64,000 nt of DNA, taken from positions 2,272,001 to 2,336,000 of the forward strand of contig OZ219791.1 of NCBI GenBank assembly GCA_964291215.2, in the 5' to 3' direction. The notes under the pieces were generated by a model that did not search any database, was not told where the DNA came from, and saw nothing but the letters and a program-made list of their open reading frames with translations. The position numbers were made by a program, and so were the translations under genes. How positions within the stretch are numbered: the first letter of the stretch is position 1; each line of letters opens with the position of its first letter. This DNA comes from Alphaproteobacteria bacterium (lineage in GTDB: Bacteria > Pseudomonadota > Alphaproteobacteria > MPNO01 > UBA830). Shown here piece after piece: positions 51,069 through 61,583 of this stretch.

Positions 51069-53729
51069 CTATTCCGCCTCGATCAGTTGGCGAAGCGCAG
51101 TTCCCTCGCGATCGAGTTCCTCGAAACTTCCCTGTTCTACCACGCGGCCGGACCGCATGACGACGACCTGATCGAACTCCCGCGCCATCGACGCCCGGTG
51201 CACCGCCCAGATCAGGCCCCGGTCCTGGAATTCCCGCTTCAGGTTGTTCAGGATCATGCTTTGTGCGGCACCGTCGAGGCCGGCTGCAGCCTCGTTGAGG
51301 ATGAGGATGTCGGGGCGTTTCAGGACCGAGCGGGCGATCGCGAGCTTCTGCCGTTGGGTGCCGGTGAGGCGGCCGCCGCCGCTGCCGACGTGGAAATCGA
51401 GGCCAACGCTCCGGACGGCGTTCTCGAGACCGAGCGACCGGATGACTTCGGCCATGATCTCGCCGACCCGCTCGGCCGCGCCGGCTTGGCCGTGGGCAAC
51501 CTTGCCGAAAAGGATGTTGTCTTGCAGCGAGGCGGCGGCGTTGAAGCGGTTGACGTCAAAGAATTCGACGGCACCGCGGTAGGCGCCGGTCAGGCCCGCC
51601 GCAAAGGCGCGACGCGCTTCGAGGATGCGGGTCCGCAGGTCGTCGTCGATGATGCCGAGACGGTGGCGCGCGGGGCACAGCTTGAAGGGCAGAGAGAGAA
51701 ACATCGTGCGTTCGTCCGCGTCGAGCGTATCGATGCCGTCGCGGGCAATGCGGGCGAGGAGGATCCGGAATTCCGGGAGATCGTCCGACGAGATGAAGCT
51801 GAACCGCTCGAAGAACGGATGATCCCGCGGCAGGTCGGCGAAGATCTCGACCATGGTCGCGGCCACTCGACGCCCGGCGTCGAGCAGGATGCCGGTCAGC
51901 CCGCGGCTTTCGAGAAGTGCCAGAATGTGCGGGTTCTCGGCGAGGTTGTTGATGTCGAAGGTCTTCCCCACCGGCGTGCCGAACAGCAGGTTCTCGGCGA
52001 GCGTCGCGTTGTCGTTGTAGCGTTCGGCGTCAAAGATCTCCACCAGCCCCGCGAATTCGGGGGACTGGAGTTCCGCGGCAAGCGCCGCGCGTGCCTCGAG
52101 GAAACGCTCCGCGAGCCCGCTCTTGGCCTCGGGATCGATCGTTCCGCGCAGCCCCAGTTCATAGATGTCCCGGTCAAGCCCGACGAGGCAGAGGACCTCG
52201 AAGATCCGGTCGAGGAGTGCGGCTTCGTCGGCGGCTCCGACGGCGTCGTAGTCGATCCAGTCGGCGTCGGGATCATCACCCGAATTGCCGGTCGCGGCTG
52301 CCTCGGCCAAAGCGCGGGCGCGGCGAGCCGCCTCCGACGGATCGTATCGCGCGGCTTGCAGCGGCACATGCCGCACGCCGTAGAGGAGGTTGTCGCCGAC
52401 CGTCGACGAGAACATGAACGCGACGGATCCGACATAGGAGAGCCGTCGCCCGGTAACAGCCTCGGGCAGGGTGTCGGCCCTCCGGCCGCCGATTTCCAGG
52501 GTGCCGACATGCGGATTCACGAGGCGTGCCAACAACTGCGAGAGCTCTTCCTTGCCCGAGCCGCCGGCGCCGACCAGGGCGACCGAACTCGCGCAGTCGA
52601 GTGTCAGCGAGACATTCTCGACTAGGCTCGCGTCGGTGTCGTCGACAAGTCCGACATTCGCGGCCACGACCTCGCCGCGAATCGGCGCGATCTCTTCCGG
52701 CTCGTCGAGCTGGAGAGAAGGATCCATCATTCCCTCCGGCTCGAACTGCATGACGACCTGTTCGAACTTGATCCTCGCGTCCTGCTGGCGCTGGTAGAAG
52801 TTGAGCAGCTCCTTCCACGGCGCCGCCAGCTCCTTGTGGGCGGCGATCGCCGCGAGCAACGTGCCGATGTCGAGCTCGCCCTTGATCGTAAGCCAGCCTC
52901 CGATCGTGTAGTAGCAGAAAGGCCCGAGTTGGTTGATCGAATTGTTCAGGAACTTGATGACGAACTTCCAGATGTAGATCTGGAGCCGGACATTGTAGAT
53001 CCCGTCAAGCTGCTGCGAGAAACCAGCCAGTTCACGACGCGCGGTGTTGTGGACATGCACCTCCTGGACGCCGGCCACGGATTCGCCGATGCGGTCCGAA
53101 AGCCTGCGCACCAGCGCGACGCGCTCCTTGGCGAGCAAGTTGACGCGGCGCTGGAGTCGCGGAATGAGATAGAGCTGGAGCGGGTAGAGCGCGACGGCAG
53201 CCAGGGCCATGGTCCAGTTCTGGATGAACAGGAAACTCAGCGTCACGAGGAGGTACCCGCCCTGGTAGACCGGCAGCTTGAAGGCGTCTCCGACGAAGCC
53301 GCCGAGGGGTTCGACCTCGGTGGCGACCATGGTGATTACTTCGCCTTGGGAGGTGCGGCGGAACCGCGACAGCGGAAAGCGCAGGATGCGGCCGTAGAGG
53401 TCGTAGCGCAGTCGTCGCAGCATGCGCTCGCCGGTAATGCCGCTGTAGACGTTGAGGGCGTACTTGAAGCTTTGGTTTATGGCGATGAGGACGAGCAGAA
53501 ATCCGGTCAGCACGAAGAGGTAGTCCAACTGCGCCAGTTCGATCGTCCCCAGGCTCCAGAGCGCGATCGAAAGGTCGGACTGTTCCGCCTGGATGGCGTC
53601 GTTGACGATGATCTTGGGCAGTTCGAGGAACGCGTAGAGGAACGGAAACGACGCGATCGCCATCAAGGTGAGCACGAGCTGCCGCTTCAGGGAAAACCGG
53701 ATGATGTAGCGGTAGATGCTTGTGTCCAT
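51069..53729 (-). CDS. ABC exporter (TMD plus split, degenerate NBD)
   Basis: ABC TM type-1 domain; Walker A GAGGSGKE; long insertion; then LTGTQRQK, ILILNEA, AVH. Confidence 0.88.
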   Translation of the reverse strand: MDTSIYRYIIRFSLKRQLVLTLMAIASFPFLYAFLELPKIIVNDAIQAEQSDLSIALWSLGTIELAQLDYLFVLTGFLLVLIAINQSFKYALNVYSGITGERMLRRLRYDLYGRILRFPLSRFRRTSQGEVITMVATEVEPLGGFVGDAFKLPVYQGGYLLVTLSFLFIQNWTMALAAVALYPLQLYLIPRLQRRVNLLAKERVALVRRLSDRIGESVAGVQEVHVHNTARRELAGFSQQLDGIYNVRLQIYIWKFVIKFLNNSINQLGPFCYYTIGGWLTIKGELDIGTLLAAIAAHKELAAPWKELLNFYQRQQDARIKFEQVVMQFEPEGMMDPSLQLDEPEEIAPIRGEVVAANVGLVDDTDASLVENVSLTLDCASSVALVGAGGSGKEELSQLLARLVNPHVGTLEIGGRRADTLPEAVTGRRLSYVGSVAFMFSSTVGDNLLYGVRHVPLQAARYDPSEAARRARALAEAAATGNSGDDPDADWIDYDAVGAADEAALLDRIFEVLCLVGLDRDIYELGLRGTIDPEAKSGLAERFLEARAALAAELQSPEFAGLVEIFDAERYNDNATLAENLLFGTPVGKTFDINNLAENPHILALLESRGLTGILLDAGRRVAATMVEIFADLPRDHPFFERFSFISSDDLPEFRILLARIARDGIDTLDADERTMFLSLPFKLCPARHRLGIIDDDLRTRILEARRAFAAGLTGAYRGAVEFFDVNRFNAAASLQDNILFGKVAHGQAGAAERVGEIMAEVIRSLGLENAVRSVGLDFHVGSGGGRLTGTQRQKLAIARSVLKRPDILILNEAAAGLDGAAQSMILNNLKREFQDRGLIWAVHRASMAREFDQVVVMRSGRVVEQGSFEELDREGTALRQLIEAE

Positions 53730-53913
53730 CGCGTTTCCGTCCCCCGTTGCCCGGGATCCGCAGATCCCGGCCGGCGCAACGCCGCTACGTTGCCGTCACG
53801 CGGCTGCGCCGGAACGCCGACACCAGGCGCGATGTTCCTGTATAATGGCTTCCGAAGCAGTATTTTGGCTGCGGCAGATCCCTTGCGGGGAGGGAACGAT
53901 AGCGGGACCGGGC

Positions 53914-55140
53914 ATGACGGGCAACCACTGCCACCAGCGTATTCTCATCTACAGCCATGACAGCTTCGGGCTCGGCCATCTGAGGCGGTGTCGGGCGATC
54001 GCCCATGCGTTGGTCGACAGGAATCCCGAGATGTCGGTCATCATCCTGTCGGGTTCGCCGATCATCGGCAATTTCGATTTCCGGCGCCAGGTGGATTTCG
54101 TCCGCGTGCCTGGCGTGATCAAGTTGCGCAACGGCGACTATACGTCGCACAGCCTCACGCTTGATGTCGAGGAAACGCTGGCCTTGCGCGCCTCGATTAT
54201 CCACCACACGGCGGAGGTCTTCGCCCCGGACGTGTTCATCGTCGACAAGGAGCCGCTGGGGCTGCGCGGGGAAGTCGGGGACACGCTCAAAATGCTGCAT
54301 GCGCGGGGCACGCCGCTGGTGCTTGGGCTGCGCGACGTGCTGGACGAGCCGGCGCTGCTGGCACCGGAATGGGAACGCAAGAACGTTATGCCGGCGCTGA
54401 CCGATCTCTATGACGAGATCTGGGTGTACGGGCTGCCGCAGATCTGCGACCCGCTGGCCGAGATCCCGATACCGCAGGTGGTCAGGCGCAAGATGGTGTT
54501 TACTGGCTATCTCAGGCGCGAGGCCGCGCGCGGTGATCTCGCCCGCGGACACATGGCGCCATTCGACAAGCCCTACCTGCTCGTCACGCCGGGCGGCGGC
54601 GGCGACGGCGAGGTGCTGGTTGACTGGGTGCTGCGCGCCTACGAGTTCGATCGCCGGGCCCCGCATCCGGCATTGCTGGTCTTCGGTCCGTTCATGCAGC
54701 AGGACAAGCAGAGCCAGTTTGCAAGGCGTGTGGAGGCGCTGCCGCAGGTCGAGGCGATCACCTTCGACGCCAATATCGAGCCCCTGATCGAAGGTGCCGC
54801 CGGGATTGTGGCGATGGGCGGCTACAACACGTTCTGCGAGATCCTGACGTTCGACAAGCCGGCGCTGGTGGTGCCGCGCACGGTGCCGCGCAAGGAGCAG
54901 CTGATCAGGGCCGGGCGGGCGCAGGAACTCGGGCTGTTGAGCATGCTCATCGGCGACGGGATCCGCGATCCGTCGGCCATGGCCACCGCGCTCCGCCATC
55001 TTCCCCAGCAGACGCGGCCGTCGGATGTCGTCGTGCCCGGACTCCTTGACGGGCTTGCCAGCGTCAACCGGCTGGCGTCGCGCCTGATAGCAGGTCGCAG
55101 CCTGCCGCGCGTCGCGATCGCAGGCCGGGCCGGCGCATGA
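53914..55140 (+). CDS. Predicted glycosyltransferase (COG4671/GT28-like)
   Basis: YSHDSFGLGHLRR, TPGGGGDG, MGGYNTFCE, EQLIRA. Confidence 0.85.
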   Translation: MTGNHCHQRILIYSHDSFGLGHLRRCRAIAHALVDRNPEMSVIILSGSPIIGNFDFRRQVDFVRVPGVIKLRNGDYTSHSLTLDVEETLALRASIIHHTAEVFAPDVFIVDKEPLGLRGEVGDTLKMLHARGTPLVLGLRDVLDEPALLAPEWERKNVMPALTDLYDEIWVYGLPQICDPLAEIPIPQVVRRKMVFTGYLRREAARGDLARGHMAPFDKPYLLVTPGGGGDGEVLVDWVLRAYEFDRRAPHPALLVFGPFMQQDKQSQFARRVEALPQVEAITFDANIEPLIEGAAGIVAMGGYNTFCEILTFDKPALVVPRTVPRKEQLIRAGRAQELGLLSMLIGDGIRDPSAMATALRHLPQQTRPSDVVVPGLLDGLASVNRLASRLIAGRSLPRVAIAGRAGA

Positions 55141-56396
55141 CGGCCGGCGGCGGGACGGTGGCGGTCGTCCTCAAGGGGTATCCGCGGCTTTCGGAAACCT
55201 TCATCGCCCAGGAGCTCTGCGGTCTCGAACAGCGCGACCTCGCGCTGCGGATCTTTTCGCTGCGCCACCCGACGGAAACGCGCCGGCATCCGGTTCACGA
55301 CGAAATCGCGGCGCCGGCGTCCTATCTTCCGGAATATCTCCATCAGGAGATCGGTCGGGTGTGGCGGGCATGGCGTGCCGTGCGCCGGCTTCCGGGCTAT
55401 GCCGCCGCACGGCGCGCCTGGCTCCGCGATCTGGGGCGCGACCGCACGCCCAACCGCATCCGCCGGTTCGGTCAGGCCATGGTCATGGCACACGAACTGC
55501 CCGGAGATGTTCGCCATATCCATGCCCATTTCCTCCATACACCGGCCTCGGTGGCGCGCTACGCCGCGATGCTCTCGGGAAGATCGTGGAGCATCTCGGC
55601 CCATGCGAAGGACATCTGGACCACCCCGGAATGGGAGAAGCGTGAGAAACTCGCTGCCTGCGCCTGGGCTGTGACCTGTTCGCGGCATGCCCGGGACCAT
55701 CTCGCGGCGCTGGCGCCGTCGCCCGGTACCGTCGAGCTGGTCTATCACGGTCTCAGCGCCCGCCGGTTTCCGCCGGTGCCGGCGATACGTCCGGCGCGCG
55801 ATGGTGGCGATGCGGCCGATCCCTTACGCATCCTGTGCGTCGGGCGCGCAGTCGAGAAGAAGGGGCTCGACATACTGCTCGACGCTCTTGCCGACCTCCC
55901 CGGCGAGCTTGACTGGCGCTTCTTCCATGTCGGCGGCGGCGAGCTCCTCGGGACGCTGCGCCGCCGCGCCCGCAGGCTCGGGATCGACCGCCGCGTCGTC
56001 TGGCACGGCTCGCTGCCCCATGACGAGGTCGTGGAACAGTACCGCGGCGCCGACCTCTTCGTCCTTGCGAGCCGGATTGCCCGGGATGGTGATCGCGACG
56101 GCCTGCCGAACGTCCTGATGGAGGCACAGATGACGGGCCTCGCCTGCATCGCCACCGGGGTTTCAGCTATTCCTGAACTGATCGAACACGGACAGACGGG
56201 AATTCTCGTGCCTCCCGGCGATCATCGGATCCTGGCCGAGGCCATCGTGCGCCTTGCCTCCGACCCCGATCTGCGGGCGCGCCTCGGTGCGGCCGGCGCG
56301 GCGCGCGTCCGCCGCGACTTCTCCTTCGATGCCGGAATCGATCTGTTGGCGGCACGGCTCGGGGCACCCCAGCCGGCTGCGCGGTCCGCCGCCTGA
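55137..56396 (+). CDS. GT4-family glycosyltransferase (WcaL-like)
   Basis: YPRLSETFI, HAHF, VGRAVEKKG, DGLPNVLMEA. Confidence 0.9.
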   Translation: MTAGGGTVAVVLKGYPRLSETFIAQELCGLEQRDLALRIFSLRHPTETRRHPVHDEIAAPASYLPEYLHQEIGRVWRAWRAVRRLPGYAAARRAWLRDLGRDRTPNRIRRFGQAMVMAHELPGDVRHIHAHFLHTPASVARYAAMLSGRSWSISAHAKDIWTTPEWEKREKLAACAWAVTCSRHARDHLAALAPSPGTVELVYHGLSARRFPPVPAIRPARDGGDAADPLRILCVGRAVEKKGLDILLDALADLPGELDWRFFHVGGGELLGTLRRRARRLGIDRRVVWHGSLPHDEVVEQYRGADLFVLASRIARDGDRDGLPNVLMEAQMTGLACIATGVSAIPELIEHGQTGILVPPGDHRILAEAIVRLASDPDLRARLGAAGAARVRRDFSFDAGIDLLAARLGAPQPAARSAA

Positions 56397-56470
56397 AGGG
56401 GTTCGGACTCGATGCCCCTGGTCCTGCGCGTAATCCGGAGCGTCGGCCTGTCCCGTGCTGTCCGGAGCGC

Positions 56471-57634
56471 GTGATCGTGCGTGTTGCGTTCTATGCGCCG
56501 ATGAAATCCGCAACCTCGCCGGTGCCGTCGGGTGACCGCCAGATGGCGCGCAACCTCGTGCGGGCGCTGGAGATCGCGGGCCATCAGGTGCAGGTGCCGA
56601 GTCGTTTCGTCAGCCGCGACGGCGCCGGCGACAGTCTCAGGCAGGAGCGGCTGGCAGGCCTCGGCACCGCGCTTGCCGACCGGCTGGTCCGTCGCTGGGA
56701 TGGCGGAGGCGATGTGCCGCAGGCCTGGTTCACCTACCACGTGTATCACAAGTCGCCGGACTGGCTCGGGCCGCGCATCCGTTCGCGGCTCGGGATACCG
56801 TATGTCATTGCCGAGGCCTCCCATGCACCGAAGCAGGCTGGCGGCAGATGGGCGATCGGATATCGCGGTGCGGAGATGGCGATCCGCGCGGCAGATGCCG
56901 TCATCGGCCTGTCGTCCAACGATGCCGCATGCGTACTGCCGCTCCTGTCGCAGCCGGATCGCTACCACCGGCTTCCCCCCTTCACTGATGTCCGGCCGTT
57001 TTCCGCGGCGGCCGCAACCGGGCGTGCCCGGGGCGCCGGCCCTGCGACGGCACCGGTGGTGCTTGCGGTCGCGATGATGCGCCGCGGCGACAAGCTCGCG
57101 AGCTACCGTCAACTTGCCGCGGCGATGCAACGACTTGTCGATCTGCCCTGGACGATGCTTATCGTGGGCGACGGGCCCGCCCGTGGAGAGGTGAAAGCGG
57201 CCTTCGACGGACTTCCGCCGGATCGCGTGCGATGGGCGGGAGCCGTTCCGGGCAGCGACCTGGCGGACATTTGCGCTTGCGCAGACCTCATGGTCTGGCC
57301 GGCGGTCAACGAAGCCTACGGCATGGCGCTTCTCGAGGCGCAGTCAGCAGGGCTTCCAGTGATTGCTGGCCGCAGCGGCGGCGTCGCGGACATCGTTTGC
57401 GATGGCGAAACCGGGCTTCTGACGGAGCCGGGAAATGTTGCCGCCCTCTCCGGTGCTGCCAAGACCCTTCTCCTGGATGCCGGCCTGCGCCGGCATATGT
57501 CCGGCGCTGCTCTCAGGAAAACGCAGACCGAACACGATCTTGGCGCGGCGGCGCGCCTGCTCGGCTCCGTTCTCGACGGGTGCCGCGGCGCCGCCCTCCG
57601 GCATGGCGCTTGCCAGGAAGGGGAAACCCCTTGA
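56471..57634 (+). CDS. GT4-family glycosyltransferase
   Basis: FYAPMK..SGDR, EAYGMALLEAQ (EX7E), GETG. Confidence 0.88.
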   Translation: MIVRVAFYAPMKSATSPVPSGDRQMARNLVRALEIAGHQVQVPSRFVSRDGAGDSLRQERLAGLGTALADRLVRRWDGGGDVPQAWFTYHVYHKSPDWLGPRIRSRLGIPYVIAEASHAPKQAGGRWAIGYRGAEMAIRAADAVIGLSSNDAACVLPLLSQPDRYHRLPPFTDVRPFSAAAATGRARGAGPATAPVVLAVAMMRRGDKLASYRQLAAAMQRLVDLPWTMLIVGDGPARGEVKAAFDGLPPDRVRWAGAVPGSDLADICACADLMVWPAVNEAYGMALLEAQSAGLPVIAGRSGGVADIVCDGETGLLTEPGNVAALSGAAKTLLLDAGLRRHMSGAALRKTQTEHDLGAAARLLGSVLDGCRGAALRHGACQEGETP

Positions 57635-57662
57635 ACGGTTGCCGGTCAGGCGGGTGGATGGG

Positions 57663-58259
57663 ATGATCCGTCTCGCTCTCATTCGCCACGGCCCCACCGA
57701 CTGGAATGCCGAACGGCGCCTGCAGGGACGGGCGGACCGGCTGCTGTCCGACGAGGGCCGGACCCGGGTCGCGGGCTGGCGGATCCCCGAGGCGTATCTG
57801 GAATTCGAGTGGATCGCGAGCCCGCTGTCGCGGGCCCGCGAAACCGCCCAAATCCTCGGGCTTCCCGTGACCGGAACGGAGGACGCCATCATCGAAATGG
57901 ACTGGGGCGACTGGGAGGGCCATACGCGCCCGGAACTCGATGCGCGCTACGGGGCCGAGGTCGCGAGGCGGACGGCGCGGGGTCTTGATCTTCGGCCGCA
58001 CAACGGAGAAAGCCCGCGCGACGTGCGTGACCGCTTCGCCACCTGGGCCTGCGCCGCCGCCGGCGCGGGCCGGCCCGTCGGCGCGGTGTGCCACCAGGGA
58101 ATCATCCGGGCCGCCTTGTCGCTCGCGACCGGCTGGAACATGATCGGCAAGCCTCCAGTCCGCATGGGCTGGGACAGCCTTCATCTCTTCGAGGCCGATG
58201 CCGCGGGACACTTCGCGATCATCGAGATGAACATCGATCTGAAGGATTCGGCCGCATGA
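57663..58259 (+). CDS. Histidine phosphatase (phosphoglycerate-mutase family)
   Basis: LIRHGPTDWN, SPLSRARETA, EMDWGDWEG, GES, VCHQG. Confidence 0.92.
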   Translation: MIRLALIRHGPTDWNAERRLQGRADRLLSDEGRTRVAGWRIPEAYLEFEWIASPLSRARETAQILGLPVTGTEDAIIEMDWGDWEGHTRPELDARYGAEVARRTARGLDLRPHNGESPRDVRDRFATWACAAAGAGRPVGAVCHQGIIRAALSLATGWNMIGKPPVRMGWDSLHLFEADAAGHFAIIEMNIDLKDSAA

Positions 58260-59401
58260 CCGGCCGGCCCGCGGTTCTGTTCTGGGTGCAGCACCTGCTC
58301 GGCGTTGGCCATCTCCGCCGGGCGGCAGTGCTCGCGCGCGCCTTTCGCCGCGCCGGCATGGAGGTCACCGTGGTGTCGGGCGGTATGCCGGAGCCCGGAA
58401 TCGACCTCGACGGCGGAACCCTGGTCCAGCTTCCGCCCGTGCGCGCCGGCGACAGATATTTCAAGACGCTGGTCGACCGCGGCGGGACGGTTATTGACGA
58501 GCGTTTCCGCCAGCGCCGCATCGCGCTCCTGCTCGATGCCTGGTGCGCCGCGGCGCCCGATATCATCATCACCGAACTGTTTCCTTTTGGGCGCAGGCAA
58601 CTCCGGAACGAGGTTCTGGCGCTACTCGATGCTGCGCGCGCTCATGGGACGCGGCCGCTGATCGTCTCTTCGGTCCGCGACATCTTGGTCGAGCCGCCCA
58701 AACCCGAAAGATCGGAGGAGATGCTGGACTGGACCAGGCGGCTCTATGACAGGGTCCTGGTCCACGGCGACCCCGATCTTATCGCGTTCGACGAGACCTT
58801 TTCACTTGCCGCCGGTATAACCGACCGTGTCTCTTATACCGGCTATGTCGTCGAAATGCCGACCCGCCGGCCGGGCGGGCCGGGCACGGGAGAGGTTGTT
58901 GTGTCGGCCGGCGGAGGAGCGGTGAGCGAGGAACTGTTCCGTGCCGCTCTTGTCGCCCGCCCGCACACCTGCCTTGGAGAACATGTGTGGCGGCTGCTGG
59001 TCGGCCATGCGCTTGCCGACGACACGCTGGCCGAGCTTGCGGCGATTGCCGGTGATGGCGTCATCGTCGAGCGTGCGCGGACGGATTTCACGTCGCTGCT
59101 GGCCAACTGCACGCTGTCGATAAGCCAGGGCGGGTACAACACGGTCATCGAACTTGCGGCCGCGCGGGCCCGCGCGGTGATCGTTCCCTATGCCGGAGGC
59201 CTCGAAACCGAGCAGACATTGCGTGCTCGGGTCCTCGAAACCCGCACCGCGATCCGCAGCGTTTCGGAGAGCGAGCTCGGCCCTGAAACCCTTGCTGCCG
59301 CGATCGATGCCGCGATGGAAGGGCCAATGCCGGAGCTGCCCGATATCCGCATGGACGGTGCCGGAACCAGCGCCCGCCTGCTTCGCGAATGGTTGTCGTG
59401 A
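58256..59401 (+). CDS. Predicted glycosyltransferase (COG4671/GT28-like), second copy
   Basis: VQHLLGVGHLRR, ELFPFGRR, SAGGG, SQGGYNT, EQTLRA. Confidence 0.85.
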   Translation: MTGRPAVLFWVQHLLGVGHLRRAAVLARAFRRAGMEVTVVSGGMPEPGIDLDGGTLVQLPPVRAGDRYFKTLVDRGGTVIDERFRQRRIALLLDAWCAAAPDIIITELFPFGRRQLRNEVLALLDAARAHGTRPLIVSSVRDILVEPPKPERSEEMLDWTRRLYDRVLVHGDPDLIAFDETFSLAAGITDRVSYTGYVVEMPTRRPGGPGTGEVVVSAGGGAVSEELFRAALVARPHTCLGEHVWRLLVGHALADDTLAELAAIAGDGVIVERARTDFTSLLANCTLSISQGGYNTVIELAAARARAVIVPYAGGLETEQTLRARVLETRTAIRSVSESELGPETLAAAIDAAMEGPMPELPDIRMDGAGTSARLLREWLS

Positions 59402-60168
59402 CCGGTCCGTGGCGGCGAGTCGAGGAGGAGTTGGGCGCCTGGACGGCGGCGGGCCGTGTTGCCGAATTCTGGTGGCGGGACGATGATGCCGCCGCGGCCA
59501 CGCCGGCATTTCTGCGTCTGCTCGACACGTGCCGCCGAACCGGCGCGCCGCTTGCGGTCGCGGCGGTGCCGGGGCTGGCGACGCCCGATCTTGCCGCTGC
59601 CGTCGAGGATCGAGACGATATCTGTTTCCTTCAGCACGGCTATCTGCATGTCAATCACGCGGCGCCCGGCGAAAAGAAGGCCGAGCTGGGACCGGCGCGC
59701 GAACTGGCGCAGGCCTGCCGGGAACTGCAGGCTGGCCGGGATCGTATGGCGGGGATGTTTGGCGGACGCTGGGTCGCCGATGTCCTGGTCCCGCCATGGA
59801 ACCGGATCGGCGGCCAGGTCGCCGCGGCGCTGCCGGAACTCGGCTTCAGCCGGCTTAGCCTGTTCGGCCCACGCAAGCCGGAGACCGAACTCGCCGGGGT
59901 AGTTTGCGTCAACACGCATGTCGATATTGTCGACTGGCGGGGTGGCGGCGGTTTTGTCGGCGACGAGGCGGCCACGACCGCCGTTGCCGGATGCCTCGCC
60001 GCCATTCGGGCGGGCGGAGTCGGGCCGGCTGAGGCCGTCGGAATGCTGACGCATCACGCGGTTCACGATGACCGGTGCTGGGACTTTGTCAGCCGTCTCG
60101 CCGACGTGATCTCAAGCCATCCGTCCGCGCGTTGGCGCTGCATCGCCGATCTTCAGGCAACAGACTGA
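59389..60168 (+). CDS. Polysaccharide deacetylase (NodB-like) protein
   Basis: WWRDDDA, QHGYLH, VPPWNRI, LTHH metal and catalytic motifs. Confidence 0.8.
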   Translation: MVVVTGPWRRVEEELGAWTAAGRVAEFWWRDDDAAAATPAFLRLLDTCRRTGAPLAVAAVPGLATPDLAAAVEDRDDICFLQHGYLHVNHAAPGEKKAELGPARELAQACRELQAGRDRMAGMFGGRWVADVLVPPWNRIGGQVAAALPELGFSRLSLFGPRKPETELAGVVCVNTHVDIVDWRGGGGFVGDEAATTAVAGCLAAIRAGGVGPAEAVGMLTHHAVHDDRCWDFVSRLADVISSHPSARWRCIADLQATD

Positions 60169-60360
60169 GCGGCGGCATGTGCCGGTGTCGCCGCCCGGGA
60201 CGGCCTGTGCTACATTGCCGCCCTGCGCAAGCCCGGTCCTTGCCTGGAATCACCGGGCAATGCCGGATTCCTCCGAATTGCCGCAGCGAAATGCCCGATC
60301 GGGGCTGCGGGGCCACGGACCGAGCGGGAATTCCGGCCTGCGTGCGCAAGGATGACCCCG

Positions 60361-61388
60361 ATGACTGAACGATTTCTCAGGAATTGCTGGTATGTCGCGG
60401 CGCTTGATCACGAAGTGGCGTGCATGCGGACCCTGCGGCAATTCATCCTCAATGAGCCCGTCGTGTTCTTTCGGACGACGGAGGGGCGCCGGTGACGCTC
60501 GAGAATCTCTGCTGCCATCGCCAGGTGCCGTTGTCCAAGGGCATCGTGTGAAGGGCGACGACATCGAGTGCCCGTATCACGGATGCGCTACGGGCCGAAC
60601 GGCAGGTGCGTGAGGGTTCCCGGCCAGGAAGCGATTCCGGACGGAGCGCGCGTGCGATCCTATCCGGTGATCGAACGCTACAAGTGGATCTGGATGGACG
60701 ATCCCGAACGGGCCGATTCCGGCCTGATCGAGGACTTCCACTGGCGCGACGACCCCGGCTGGCAGTCGAAGGGTGAATTGCTGTCGTTGAAGGCCAACTA
60801 CAGGCTGCTTGTGGAAAATCTTTGCGACCTGACCCATGTTCCCTTTGTCCATCCGACATCGCTCAACGAGACGATGATCGATAGCAGTGACGGGGCTCCG
60901 GTAAAGACCGCGCGTGAGGGGCGGGCGGTAAGGGTCGACCGATGGGAATTCGACGTGCCGGCGCCGTCTTGTTTTCGTGCCATGGCTGGCATGTCGCGCG
61001 AGGATCGCGTCGACCGCCGGCTCAATCTTGTGTACACCCCACCATCCTTCGTCCGCCTTGATATCGGCGCAGCGCCGGCAGGATGGCGAGCTGCGGATGG
61101 TGACCGGTCATCATATCCGACGACGCGGAATCTCAACGCGATCACGCCGGAAACCGCTACGAGCACGCACTATTTCTGGGCAAACGCCATCAACTTCAGT
61201 CTCGAGGATGCCTTGCTGATGGAAATCGATTTCAGGATGGTGCATTCCTTGAAGACATCGACATCATCGAGGCGCAGCAGCAGAACATGGAGACTGGATC
61301 CTGGACGCGCCTGAACATTTCCGGCGATGCCGGCGGCGTTCAGGCGATACGCATCCTTGATGAGGCGATCGCGGCCGAACAGGGGTAG
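60361..61388 (+). pseudogene. Rieske aromatic oxygenase/O-demethylase (VanA-like), frameshifted
   Basis: FLRNCWYVAA, CCHRQVPLSKG, CPYHG, ENLCDLTHVPFVH, AITPET, EDIDIIEAQQ spread over at least four frameshifts. Confidence 0.88.
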
Positions 61389-61583
61389 GCGAAGGGCACC
61401 GGCAATGGTCCCCGGCGCCTCCGCCGTGCTTCCGCAGTACGCGGTTTCGCGCTGCGTCCGGCGCGGCTGCCGGCTCGTCCCGCCCGGGCGGGCGGCACTG
61501 ATCAGGGCCGATACGCGCCATGGTCCGGAAAGAGTGGCCCCGGCTGCCGCATCCGGGGTGCCGATCCTTACTGTTCCAGGCGA

